In this document: piece after piece, positions 12,671-22,804 of the stretch
How positions within the stretch are numbered: position 1 is the first letter of the stretch
How the letters are laid out: the number at the start of each line of letters is the position of its first letter
NCBI GenBank assembly: GCA_040285825.1
Contig: JAUPSS010000002.1
Span: 2,046,001-2,110,000 of the forward strand
Origin: Eukaryota sp. TZLM1-RC
Taxonomy: Eukaryota; Protista; Metamonada: BaSk clade
DNA length: 64,000 nt
Direction: 5' to 3'
Translations under genes and position numbers: made by a program
The notes under the pieces: generated by a model
Databases searched by the model: none
What the model was told of the DNA's origin: nothing
What the model saw: the letters and a program-made list of their open reading frames with translations, nothing else

Positions 12671-12732
12671 CAATATAGTTTTGGAAAGATCCTGATTCCT
12701 TTCATCTTCATATTCCATATTACAGTTCTACA

Positions 12733-13265
12733 TTGGCATTTCGGGTGCATTTCTGCACCATCTCTAGGGATATGGATATTCAGACAGAAATATTCTGTGA
12801 CGAGAGAACCTTGCTTCGTAGGTTTTTAAACATCATTGGCAATCATCAACCTCATTCTTGTCTAAATCACAATTTAATGCAGTTTGATTTACAGGTTTTA
12901 AAAATAGATTATATTATTTTGATTTACCTTTTCCCACTGTTCCAGATAATACAGTAATTGATGTACTCAATCAACTTTCACCAAGCTGAAGGAAAGTTGT
13001 CATCAGGGAAAATGGCTTCTTTCTTTTAGATACTTTGGTTTTTGCCAAAAAAAAATTTATTAATATACCCTACGGACATGGATTAGGCAATCTGGCATAT
13101 ACAATGATAAATAAAAAGAAAAACAAACTTCATAAGAAATTTTCTCATATTATACCAATTGATTGTTTAGCTTCTTCTCTGAGGCAAAATTCAATTCAAT
13201 ATGGGCTTCATGATTGTATCCTTTGTCTGAAACATTTCGTGCTGTTTCAGAAAGACAGAACGTAA
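12733..13265 (+). pseudogene. Fragment resembling a family-B DNA polymerase 3'-5' exonuclease domain
   Basis: IFCDERTLLRRFLNII..HQP..NHNLMQFDL (Exo II-like) and later YGLHDCIL (Exo III YxxxD-like); broken frame. Confidence 0.4.
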
Positions 13266-13276
13266 TTTTATACCAC

Positions 13277-15380
13277 CACGAATAATTGCCCAATTATATT
13301 AATCATTAATGGCCAGAATTCGTTATATTTCAGCTGAGTATTATGGGCAAAGAATGGTGAAACCAAAAAGTGCATTTCCACAGGATTTTGAAGACTTTGT
13401 ACATGACGAAGGAGTTTATACTTTTAAAACTACCTTTGAGCAACAAAAGTTAAACAAAACATTGAGTTATCTTGATCACTCAAGACACAAGCCTGAACAG
13501 TTTCCACGATTTCCAACTGATGGCTTCAGTAAACCACCCAAGTAAATGGCCCCAGTAATGTTTGCCATTTTTGAGAATAATTTGAAACTAAATTATGAAA
13601 AACATATTAATCGATTTATTAATGCTTACTTTGACAAACCAGATGTGGAAAATATGTTAGCAGAAATGCACAAGCTGGGTGGATACTCAACGCCATTATC
13701 TACAATTATTTCATTATAGAGATTTAGACTTCGTCAATTCAAAAACTTGTTTTTAGTTTATGATAGAGATTGCTTGAGTTCTTTGTTTCATCATCCTGGT
13801 AATATTTCAGACCTTCTGAATGATGAATTTTTCGATTTATGTGAACAACCTGATATAAGAAATAATGAACTCACAGACATATTTGAAGGTCTTATTGAGC
13901 CATTCATTTGTCAAATTGAGAATAGGGTCACTGACGAGAATTTAGTTAATAACATATTTCCAGTGGATGTACACTTTCCTGCAGACGCTGTTGAAAAAGA
14001 TCCTCAAATATTCCTAAAACCAGCAATTACAATCGCCCAATATATCTCCAGTGGAGAGGGAAAACCTTATCATATTTCTTCTGTTTCAACCACTGTAGGC
14101 CCTGGATATTTTCCTATTGATTCAAGAACAATATGGAGAATAATCAAACAAACATTAATTGATGATTTATCATTTACACAGACGTCGAAAATGTCCAATA
14201 CACTAGCGCAAATTACGAAATTCAAACCACCTGAGCAATTTGAATTTTGGTCTAATTTTATCGATTTAAACCAATTAATGTTCAAACAAAAGAGCTATCA
14301 ACTCAACAACATTATCCACACAGATGGATTTTGGATTGCAGTAGAATTTGTTCGTCGGGATTTACAAGGTCAGAAATGTAAGCCAGACAACAAGGCTAGT
14401 ATTTCTGATTTATATTTGATGATGATGATGTTGATGCTTTTCAAGACAAACGAATTGTTGTTTGTGATCCTGGAAACCGTGATTTATTGTATTTTGGTAG
14501 TAAAAAAACGGATCAAGAATTAGCCATAGTTCCTGAAGATGAAACTGAACAGCAAAGAAATAGTCGGGTCATGAATCAAGACAAGAAGTACAAATGGTTA
14601 AGAATGACTCAGATGTGCTAGTCTTTGAAAAGTAGGATGATTGAAAAGCAAAAACGATGGGCGACAAAGTATACTGAGGTAGGTTACGACAGGAACTAAT
14701 TGATAGAGTCTAATGAAATGACAATTGAAGATGCACACCCAATTATCCGCATTTGCTGCAAATTCAGCAACTTTTAGAGAGTTCTCAAACTTTGTGGTTA
14801 CCAAACTTCGGCAAGCTTTTTTGACAATTGACTTTTATAGTCTTGACTTGTGGAGCATTCATAAAATGCAAGCTTTTATTCACAAGCAAAAGACTGAAAG
14901 TTGGTTGTTAAAAAGCCTTGTTCAGCAGTCTGGCAACCCAAAAGACACTTTAATACTAATGGGTGATTATGGTAAAAAAAAGTTTCCAAGAATTTAAAAC
15001 ATCAGAGACCTACTAGAGGCATTGGATGGACTGAATTTCTGAAAAGAAATGGATTTGAAGTGTTGATGATTAATGAAGCTTTCACTTCAGCAAAATGTCC
15101 TGTTTGTTTTGCAAAGGTTGCTACGTTTTTGAGAGTAACAAATCCCAGATTCTACAGAAGAGCAAAGACTCCTGTTACTAAATGTCATGGTTTATTAGCT
15201 TGTAACAGTGAGAGTTGCAAACTCAGTAACAAAGGCTCAACAAAGATTTTCAATAGAAATGAGCTGGCTTGTCTGAATATGTTTGCAATTGCTGAAGCCA
15301 GAATGATTGGTAATGAAAGGCCTCAGGATCTGTGTAGTAGATAGTTTTTGTAATTATTCCACACGAAAATTGAGCGTGTA
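13277..15380 (+). mobile_element. Fanzor family A, copy 2, pseudogenised
   Basis: Inverted near-identical copy of 5271-7373 with the same left boundary cacgaataattg and right boundary gagcgtgta. Confidence 0.88.
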
Positions 15381-15449
15381 ATGGAAATTTCCCATATTCC
15401 AGTAATCTCACCAATCTACTACTATTTGACATTTTTGTTCTGCTAGCCG

Positions 15450-15695
15450 ATGTCTTTGTCCACTATAGGCTACTCAATCACCAAGGAAGATTATGGACTT
15501 GTTCCTATACCACAACCTTCTCACCCTGTACTAGAAATTCCAGAGACTTCCCTCATGGAAATCTACAGACAACTTACTCCTTCTGAACCTCCCCAACTTA
15601 CAGCAGATGATTTTATCAGAGTTTGCTCTTTCGCAAAACCACCACTTGAGAAGAAACCCTCTGCTTTGAAGCTGAAAATCCGACGAAGAAGATGA
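15450..15695 (+). CDS. Small hypothetical protein with a basic C-terminal NLS-like tail
   Basis: Clean ATG-TGA ORF with host-like composition, ending KKPSALKLKIRRRR; convergent with the next gene. Confidence 0.55.
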   Translation: MSLSTIGYSITKEDYGLVPIPQPSHPVLEIPETSLMEIYRQLTPSEPPQLTADDFIRVCSFAKPPLEKKPSALKLKIRRRR

Positions 15696-15860
15696 TTTTT
15701 TATAGGTACTCTCTTTCTCACCGCTTGGTGATGTGTTTCACTTTTATATATTATATTGCTTGTGTGTTGTTATTGTAACTTCAAACAACAAGCTTTTTAT
15801 TATTTGATCTCAAGTTTTTAAATAAATAATTATACCATCCATCTTTGTCTATACTAATTT

Positions 15861-18080
15861 TTAATAGTAGCTAAAACTTCGTATTTGTTGAGTTGGGTGA
15901 GTCGCTGTTGACTTTCTCTGTTTTTCTGCCTCCACAACCAACATTTTTAAGGCTGAAGCTTGAATCTTCAAGACTGATGAATCAGATGAAACAACAAATT
16001 CTGGAATCCTTGCAGAAAGGAATGTCTGCTGTTTGTTTCTTAATTGAGAAGATTTTTCATAGATAAGTGCAAGCTTACCCTTCAACTCACCCAGATGACG
16101 AGTCTTCAGTAAAGAAAGCTCTTTTGAGTGCTTTGTCTTCAGTTTTTGTCTCTCCTGGATGTTTGCTTTGGATTCAGCTTTACATTGGAAACTTTTGAGA
16201 TTAACCAACTCCAAATGAGTCTTCTTCAACAGATTGTCAAGATCTTGTATTAAACTAGACTCCAGTTGTAATTGTTCGTTATGGAGCGTAAACAGTTGAT
16301 GTTCACCTCCAGGAAGGGAGAGAAACTTTCTGAGAGCAGTATATAAACGAAGTACTTCAGATTCTTCCGTCGGTTGGGACTCTTCTTGATGTTCCTCTTC
16401 GACTACCGCAGTCGTTGATTCACTAACACCATCTAGTAGAGCAGAGAAAAGGCTATCATCGACAGAGAAAGTATCGATATGCTGAGGTGGTCGCTCTGGA
16501 ATATAACGTTCTGGTTTCTTCTTCTTGGCAGGTTCAGGGGCTTTTTGCTTTGATTCATACGCATTGTAATCATTATCAAAATCTATGTGTTTTTTGCCTT
16601 CTACTTGTCTGATTTTGGTGTAGAGTTCTATTAACCTTTGCTTGGCCAATTCAATTTCCTGCAATAAATCAACGTTAATTGTTTCATTGTTTGAACTAAC
16701 ACGATAAATTCCAGCTAAAATTGTATCAGCAGCTTTAGAATACTTTTTGCTAGCTTCATAGTTCTCAGCCAACAGTTCTGTCAATGATAAGCAGTACTGT
16801 AACAGAGATTGAGAATGTAAAAGATCAATTTTCTTTGAAATCGCAAAAGTGGACAAATCCAGTTTAGAATACAAATTAACAAAACTCTTGATGGTAGCAC
16901 AGATCTCAGTGTAATAACGGTCCAATGAAGAGGCAACAACGAGTTCTTGATAATGGGAGATCCATTGTGAAATGATTTGATCAAGAACTTTTACCAATCT
17001 TTGATGATCAATATTTGACACTTGCAATTCCTTTTCTAAAACATAGCAAGTTAATTCATACGAAGGTAACTCAACTTCATTAACTGATGATCTCAAAAGT
17101 GCTAGTGTTTGATCATCAATTTTTACATCCTTTTTTGAACTGGATCTGGTATAGTTGAATGATGAAAACTTGCATCTAAAAATCCATAAATGAGAAGATG
17201 TATGAGACACTTTAGAATTAGAAAAAAAGGTAACTGTTTGAGAAGCCAAGAGAAACACCCCATTTGTAAGAGATGAAACATCCGCTTCAGTGAGATACTC
17301 TTTACCAATGTCACAAGATAGTCCAACTGTACCAAAGAAACCATCCAACAATGATGAGGGTTGTGTATCATTGATAGAAAGGTCGATCAAACCAATGTAT
17401 CTTCTAGACAATTTGAGCACTATTGAATACTTTGTGAGTAACGGTAACTCTCGTAGTTTGTTCACAAAGATATGAAGATTTTCTAAAGACTCGGTTTCCA
17501 GTGAGTCTATGATAGACACAAGCTCTTCTGCAATTTCTATAATGTGGGAATCTTGCAAACTCTTAATCCTAATCAAATTCGATGAATCTTGAAGGTTGAT
17601 TATAGATTTTATAAGTTCATGTTTCTCTGGATTGGTCAAAACAGAGCGACACGTCATATCCATCACCTCCTGTAGAAGATCAAGTTTAGAGTGTTTAACA
17701 CACCATTTTGCAACAGTCTTGATTGCTTCTGTAGAACCAAAAGAGTACGACAGCACAGTGGATAAAATATAACGTACATATGTAACAGGTAAGACTGGAT
17801 CCTTACACAGTACATCCAACCTCAATAGATGTGATAACAAAATTGGAGATGAATCAACCAAGAACATTAATGAGGATATAACACTTGACACATTGTACTG
17901 TTGGGCATCCAACGTGTCCCAATGCTGTTCTATGAATTTGAACAACGTAAGTATGTAGTGGTCACTGACGGAATACAATAAAACATCTAAATTGGCAATA
18001 GCTTCATCTATGATAGCTACAGCCTTTGAAAACGATACAGTCAGTGGAGGTGAAAGCTTTCTGATAGCTTTGGAAAGCAT
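15861..18080 (-). CDS. Hypothetical alpha-helical protein with a C-terminal DGCR6/gonadal-like coiled coil
   Basis: 739-aa uninterrupted ORF; C-terminal KQQTFLSARIPEFVVSSDSSVLKIQ resembles the DGCR6 QQxxL..GF.VT.P..L.LQ motif (weak). Confidence 0.6.
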   Translation of the reverse strand: MLSKAIRKLSPPLTVSFSKAVAIIDEAIANLDVLLYSVSDHYILTLFKFIEQHWDTLDAQQYNVSSVISSLMFLVDSSPILLSHLLRLDVLCKDPVLPVTYVRYILSTVLSYSFGSTEAIKTVAKWCVKHSKLDLLQEVMDMTCRSVLTNPEKHELIKSIINLQDSSNLIRIKSLQDSHIIEIAEELVSIIDSLETESLENLHIFVNKLRELPLLTKYSIVLKLSRRYIGLIDLSINDTQPSSLLDGFFGTVGLSCDIGKEYLTEADVSSLTNGVFLLASQTVTFFSNSKVSHTSSHLWIFRCKFSSFNYTRSSSKKDVKIDDQTLALLRSSVNEVELPSYELTCYVLEKELQVSNIDHQRLVKVLDQIISQWISHYQELVVASSLDRYYTEICATIKSFVNLYSKLDLSTFAISKKIDLLHSQSLLQYCLSLTELLAENYEASKKYSKAADTILAGIYRVSSNNETINVDLLQEIELAKQRLIELYTKIRQVEGKKHIDFDNDYNAYESKQKAPEPAKKKKPERYIPERPPQHIDTFSVDDSLFSALLDGVSESTTAVVEEEHQEESQPTEESEVLRLYTALRKFLSLPGGEHQLFTLHNEQLQLESSLIQDLDNLLKKTHLELVNLKSFQCKAESKANIQERQKLKTKHSKELSLLKTRHLGELKGKLALIYEKSSQLRNKQQTFLSARIPEFVVSSDSSVLKIQASALKMLVVEAEKQRKSTATHPTQQIRSFSYY

Positions 18081-18826
18081 TGGACCAACAGCTATTTAGG
18101 AAGGAGAGGAATTAATTTTGGGGAAATCTCTACATATTTGGCAGCAATTGTTTCAGAGGTTTAAGTTGTAGCTCTGTTCCCTCAGTAGTACACATAAGCT
18201 ACAGTGATTTGTATCTATTTGAAAATTTAGAAGGATATTTTTCAAACCCTGAAATGAACTAGCTTCTCAATATATATATCTTGAGGAAACTCAGAATATT
18301 GATTTCGTCTACTTCTACTCAATCCTCAATAATTCTTCATCAGTCGTAATTAAATACACAGGAAAAGTTCCCTCAAACCTCAAAGTTCTTGAGGATGGCC
18401 AATGATTTCATAAGGATTGTCCGTTACATATACCTTTGGCTTTCAATTTTTCCATTATGGGGTTCTACAATTGTGGAACCTTCTATCAGTATACACTTTA
18501 CTCAATTACAATCATTTATTAAACAAAGATGGAAAGTGATGGAAATACAGTGTTGGGTCGAGGGTCAAATGATTGATTTAGTGGTCAACCACTGGAACTA
18601 TGAAAAGTTGATAGATTTCACACCATGTATTGTTATCTGTATCAGAATCATAGTTGTGGGTCACATTTTTTACACAGTGATTTTTTCAGGAGCTTCCTAT
18701 TCAATTTATTACAAAATTTGAAGAAAAAGAGGTTGAATCAGCATGGAACTCCAATAGTTAAAGTAAATGAAAAGTGATTATTTTGTTGAAAAATCAAAAA
18801 TTTCAGCTATTTGCTATCCAACAATA

Positions 18827-21190
18827 ATGCATCCCATTGTTACCCACGTAGAAGGGTCTGTCCTACCCTCACAGTGTCAACCAGACTATAGTGTAGCTAA
18901 CCCTTGGCTGAAATGTACACGAGACCTTGTTCCACAGAAACATGGATTTGCCACGGCTAACCAACTCCTTTTTACTTCTAACAAGCCCAAAAAGCTTCTT
19001 GTCGTTGATTCCAAACGTGAAGGTAAACCTCAACTCAAGAATATAGCAGCTCAATTTGAACCCTCTGAGTTTGCACTTTCCCATCAAGAAGTTGAAAGTA
19101 GTACGTGCAACTATGCTGCTGGTGTCTCTTCTCAGGGTTTCATTAAGCTCATTCCTATTGAAAACAGCCCCACGAGTTACTCAACTTCCAGTCCAAACAC
19201 CCTCAACACTGCTCCCCTGGCTTTTGGTACCCCCATGCTCACCAGTGTACCCGACCAGTGGGTCTTTTACGCTTTTGTTGGTGGATGGCTTTTAAGGATT
19301 GACGCTGCTGCCGTTGAACCTTCCGATCAAGAGATTGATTGCTCTCAAGATGTTTTCGGCATTACCAAACTTCACCTTCCCTTTCATTCCCCTTCCATGC
19401 TGGCTTGCTCTTCCAGTTATGTTGTACTGACTGTTGACTCCACCCTCAGCATTCTCGACGCAAACGACATCCACAAGCCTATGGTGACTCGTTCAATGGA
19501 TTCTCCTGTTTCTGGTATTGGGTTCCTCTCAGATGAGTTGTTGGCGATTGCAAGCGAGGACAAGCTGGAACTTTTGAATCTCAGTCAAGACGGTGCCCAA
19601 ACTCAAAGGGTTTTATCCTTAAGAAGTGCTGAGTGGCAAGTTCGATCTCATTACAATAACGATTTCCTCTGTCTCTTTAATGGAATTAAGACTTATTTAT
19701 TGAAATTTAATGGAACTAGGCCAGTTTCTACTGTCTGTCTTGACAATAACTTTGGTGTTTCTATCCCTGGAGCACCCACCATTGTTGATGACTCTGTGTT
19801 TTGTGTCATTTATGTTGACAGATCGCTTCAGGTGAATGATAAACCTATCCAAGCAAAAATGCTCTGTTATCTAAGAATGGATCTTTCAATGTTTGAAATT
19901 GAGGAGGTTGATCCAAAGCAATTCCCAGAAGCTGTAGAAGATGATAATACAGAAATTGATAACGAAAAAGAGGAAAAGGTGGAAAAACCCCAACCCCAAC
20001 TCCAACCCCAACCCCAATTCCAACCTCAAGATCAACCCCAACCTCAAGATCAACCTCAACCTCAACCTCAACCTCAAGATCAACCCCAACCTCAACCTCA
20101 ATCTCAACCCCAAGATCAATCTCAACCCCAACACCAACCTCAATCTCAACCCGAAGCCCAAGTCAAAGGTGGAGCAGGTGAGCTGAACACAGCAGAATCT
20201 AGGATTGCTGATCTAGTTATTCAAAGAATGACCAAGTCAATAGCACCAGTTGTTGCTGATGTTGTTAAGTCATCCCTTCAATCAGCTTTACTCCAGTCAT
20301 TACCCCCTAAAGAACAATTAGTTCCGGATCTGGGCGACCATATTTCTGAATTGGGCTCATCTGTAGAAACCCTGCAGAACACTGTCTCTCAACTCACTCA
20401 AATTGGTGCTCAAGTCTCCCAAACAGTATCAAAGGTTCCAAATAAGGTAACCGAACACTTGAACAAACAAGTGGGCAAAATGAATCCTCCTCAGGCCAAG
20501 AATATGGATAAGGCTATTGTAGCCTCTATTCAACAAGCAGTTCAAAGTTCGTTTGCTTCTGTCTCTCAAAAGTGTTTTGACTTGGCAACCAGTGTCGAAA
20601 AGGAAACCAGTAAACGTCAGGCTTCGATTTCTGCTTTTTCCAAAGATGTTTCAAACATCAAATCGTCCTTAGATAAAATTCATCAGCAAGTGGGACAATT
20701 GGACAGAAAGGTCCAGAGCAGTTCATCTGTCGAAGAAGTTAAACATATGATTGGGAAACTATCAAATCAAGTTGATTTATTGATGAAACGTCAAGTTGTA
20801 ACATGTCCCTTCACAGATTCTTTGAAACCTGAAATGCAAGCAGGAAACTATATCAAAGTTTTGGAAACTATATTAGGTCATTCTGATGGTATCATTGCAG
20901 CTGATGCCCTCGAATCACTGCTTTCCATTTACAGAGTTCCAGCAAAAGTTTTGGTCAAGGGGATTCCCATCGAATACTTGTCAGCGCTTGTGAATTTGAT
21001 TTGTTATAGACTAGCTGCTGATCTTGAATGTGAGCATATCATTCATCTATGTCAATTTGTTTTTGTTAAGCTTTTGAATTCAGATGATCCTGATTTAAGC
21101 TTCTTAGACTCTGTCAAAACTATCCTTGAAAAGTATCCAGATGCAACCCAACTTGATTCCATTAGGAATTTGTATACAATGTTTAACTAG
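18827..21190 (+). CDS. Beta-propeller/Q-P linker/coiled-coil protein, EDC4 (Ge-1/VARICOSE)-like architecture
   Basis: Long ORF (open from 18767); beta-rich WD40-like N-terminal half, (QP)n linker, helical C-terminal half; family assignment from architecture only. Confidence 0.5.
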   Translation: MHPIVTHVEGSVLPSQCQPDYSVANPWLKCTRDLVPQKHGFATANQLLFTSNKPKKLLVVDSKREGKPQLKNIAAQFEPSEFALSHQEVESSTCNYAAGVSSQGFIKLIPIENSPTSYSTSSPNTLNTAPLAFGTPMLTSVPDQWVFYAFVGGWLLRIDAAAVEPSDQEIDCSQDVFGITKLHLPFHSPSMLACSSSYVVLTVDSTLSILDANDIHKPMVTRSMDSPVSGIGFLSDELLAIASEDKLELLNLSQDGAQTQRVLSLRSAEWQVRSHYNNDFLCLFNGIKTYLLKFNGTRPVSTVCLDNNFGVSIPGAPTIVDDSVFCVIYVDRSLQVNDKPIQAKMLCYLRMDLSMFEIEEVDPKQFPEAVEDDNTEIDNEKEEKVEKPQPQLQPQPQFQPQDQPQPQDQPQPQPQPQDQPQPQPQSQPQDQSQPQHQPQSQPEAQVKGGAGELNTAESRIADLVIQRMTKSIAPVVADVVKSSLQSALLQSLPPKEQLVPDLGDHISELGSSVETLQNTVSQLTQIGAQVSQTVSKVPNKVTEHLNKQVGKMNPPQAKNMDKAIVASIQQAVQSSFASVSQKCFDLATSVEKETSKRQASISAFSKDVSNIKSSLDKIHQQVGQLDRKVQSSSSVEEVKHMIGKLSNQVDLLMKRQVVTCPFTDSLKPEMQAGNYIKVLETILGHSDGIIAADALESLLSIYRVPAKVLVKGIPIEYLSALVNLICYRLAADLECEHIIHLCQFVFVKLLNSDDPDLSFLDSVKTILEKYPDATQLDSIRNLYTMFN
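19987..20157 (+). repeat. Coding minisatellite (caacct/caaccc hexamers) encoding a QP/QD repeat
   Basis: PQPQLQPQPQFQPQDQPQPQDQPQPQ... Confidence 0.9.
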
Positions 21191-21260
21191 AACTGGTGTT
21201 TTTTGTTGAATAAATATAACCCTTTTATGATATAATGTTTTTTTACAACTCTAAATGAAT

Positions 21261-22718
21261 TTAAAAACGTTCCCAAACCTCAGGTGCAATTCTCTTAGCT
21301 TCAGCAGCAATGACTTCAGCATTGAGGGTCAATAATTCACGGTCATACATCAAAAACTTTCCGTTACAAATGGTGGAATGGACCAATTGAGAGCCCATTC
21401 CAAACACAACATGCCAAGGGAAGTTACCAGCACTAATGGGTGTTGGCGAAAAGTAATCCAAAATTATTAAATCAGCAACAGCGCCCTTCTCAAGTTCACC
21501 TACATTGACACCAAAAGTATTGGATGCGAGTTGAGCGTTGTTTTGGAAAAGAATTTCAGCTGGTTGGGGTCCCATAACTCTAAAATTAAACAAAACTCAA
21601 AAACAAACAAACCTTGGATCTTTCTTGGCCAATTTGTTCACAAAATAAGCGGCTCTCATTTCTCTAAGCATATCATTGTGCATTCCATCTGTTCCTAAGA
21701 TAAGAATGTAAAATGATCAAACCAACCCAAAACCACAGTAACATCGTTTTCCAAAAGCTTGGGGATATCAGCGACACCAACTCCATTGTTCATATTAGAC
21801 TCAGGTTGATGGGAAACGACAGTACCAGTCTCCTTGAGAATTTGGACTTCCTTATCATTAACATGAACACAATGGGCAAACAAAGACTTGCTAGAGGTTA
21901 GTCCAAACTTGTGGAGTCTTTCAACTGGACCATAGGTTTCAGCGACATCTTCAATGCCTTCAGCAACATGAATATGGCATCCAACATCAAGGTTCTTCAT
22001 GGCTTCAGCACACTTAGTGAGAATTTCATCAGAAACAGTGAACTGAGCATGGAGACCAATCATTCCAGCAAGCATAGCACGTTCGGCTTCTGGAAGGGCT
22101 TTGAGATTTTCGATGAAACGAACGTTTTCGGTGAGGCCAGCAAGGGCTTCATCAGCTCCATTACGGTTGGAGATTTCATAAGTGAGACAGGCTCTGACAC
22201 CAGCTTCCTTGCAAACATCAGCAATGACATCGAGAGATCCTTCAAGAGCAGATGGAGATGCGTGATGATCAAAGACTGTTGTCATACCGCATCTAATGGC
22301 TTCAGCTAAACAAACTTGAGCAGAAAGCTTGGTAGAACTGTTATCAAGTGCTTTATCTAACCGCCACCAAAGACGTTCCAATACTTGACCAAAGTTGGCA
22401 GGAGGGTCATCCTTAAGAGCCATACCACGAGAATACATGCCTAAGATAAGTTTTTAAGGGACTAAACTGACCGTAGAAGTGAGTGTGAGCAGAGATTAAA
22501 CCGGGGGCAATTAAGCGACCCTCAACGTCGATTTTAACAACATCGGGATTGTTTAAGTGCTTGTATAAAACTTCAGATGAAGTGCCGACATCAACGATGG
22601 TAGAGTTCTGAAAAGCAACTGCACCATTTTCGATTACTTGGCAGTTTGGGCCATGAGTCACAACAGTTCCATTATAGAGAATCTTAAGATCGGTGTCTTT
22701 CATTGATACAAGAGTCAT
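21261..22718 (-). CDS. ssnA: SsnA-like amidohydrolase, ~453 aa, introns 22441-22471, 21695-21726 and 21580-21612
   Basis: PGLISAHTHFY|GMYSRG, LERLWWRLDKALD, FDHHASP, GLHAQFT, HIHVAEG, AHCVH, PESNMNNGVG, VL|GTDG; three 31-33 nt GT-AG introns give one continuous frame. Confidence 0.88.
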
Positions 22719-22804
22719 TGTTTGAATAGAAGAAGGTATTAATAGTGATATTTGAACCTATTGAGATTATTTAGGTTTTACAATTACTTCTTTACAAAGC
22801 AGTT

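Noticed and set aside
5271-15380. Stop-codon reassignment explaining the in-frame TAA/TAG in Fanzors
   Set aside because: Host genes terminate with TAA, TAG and TGA and have no internal stops; the elements also carry frameshifts
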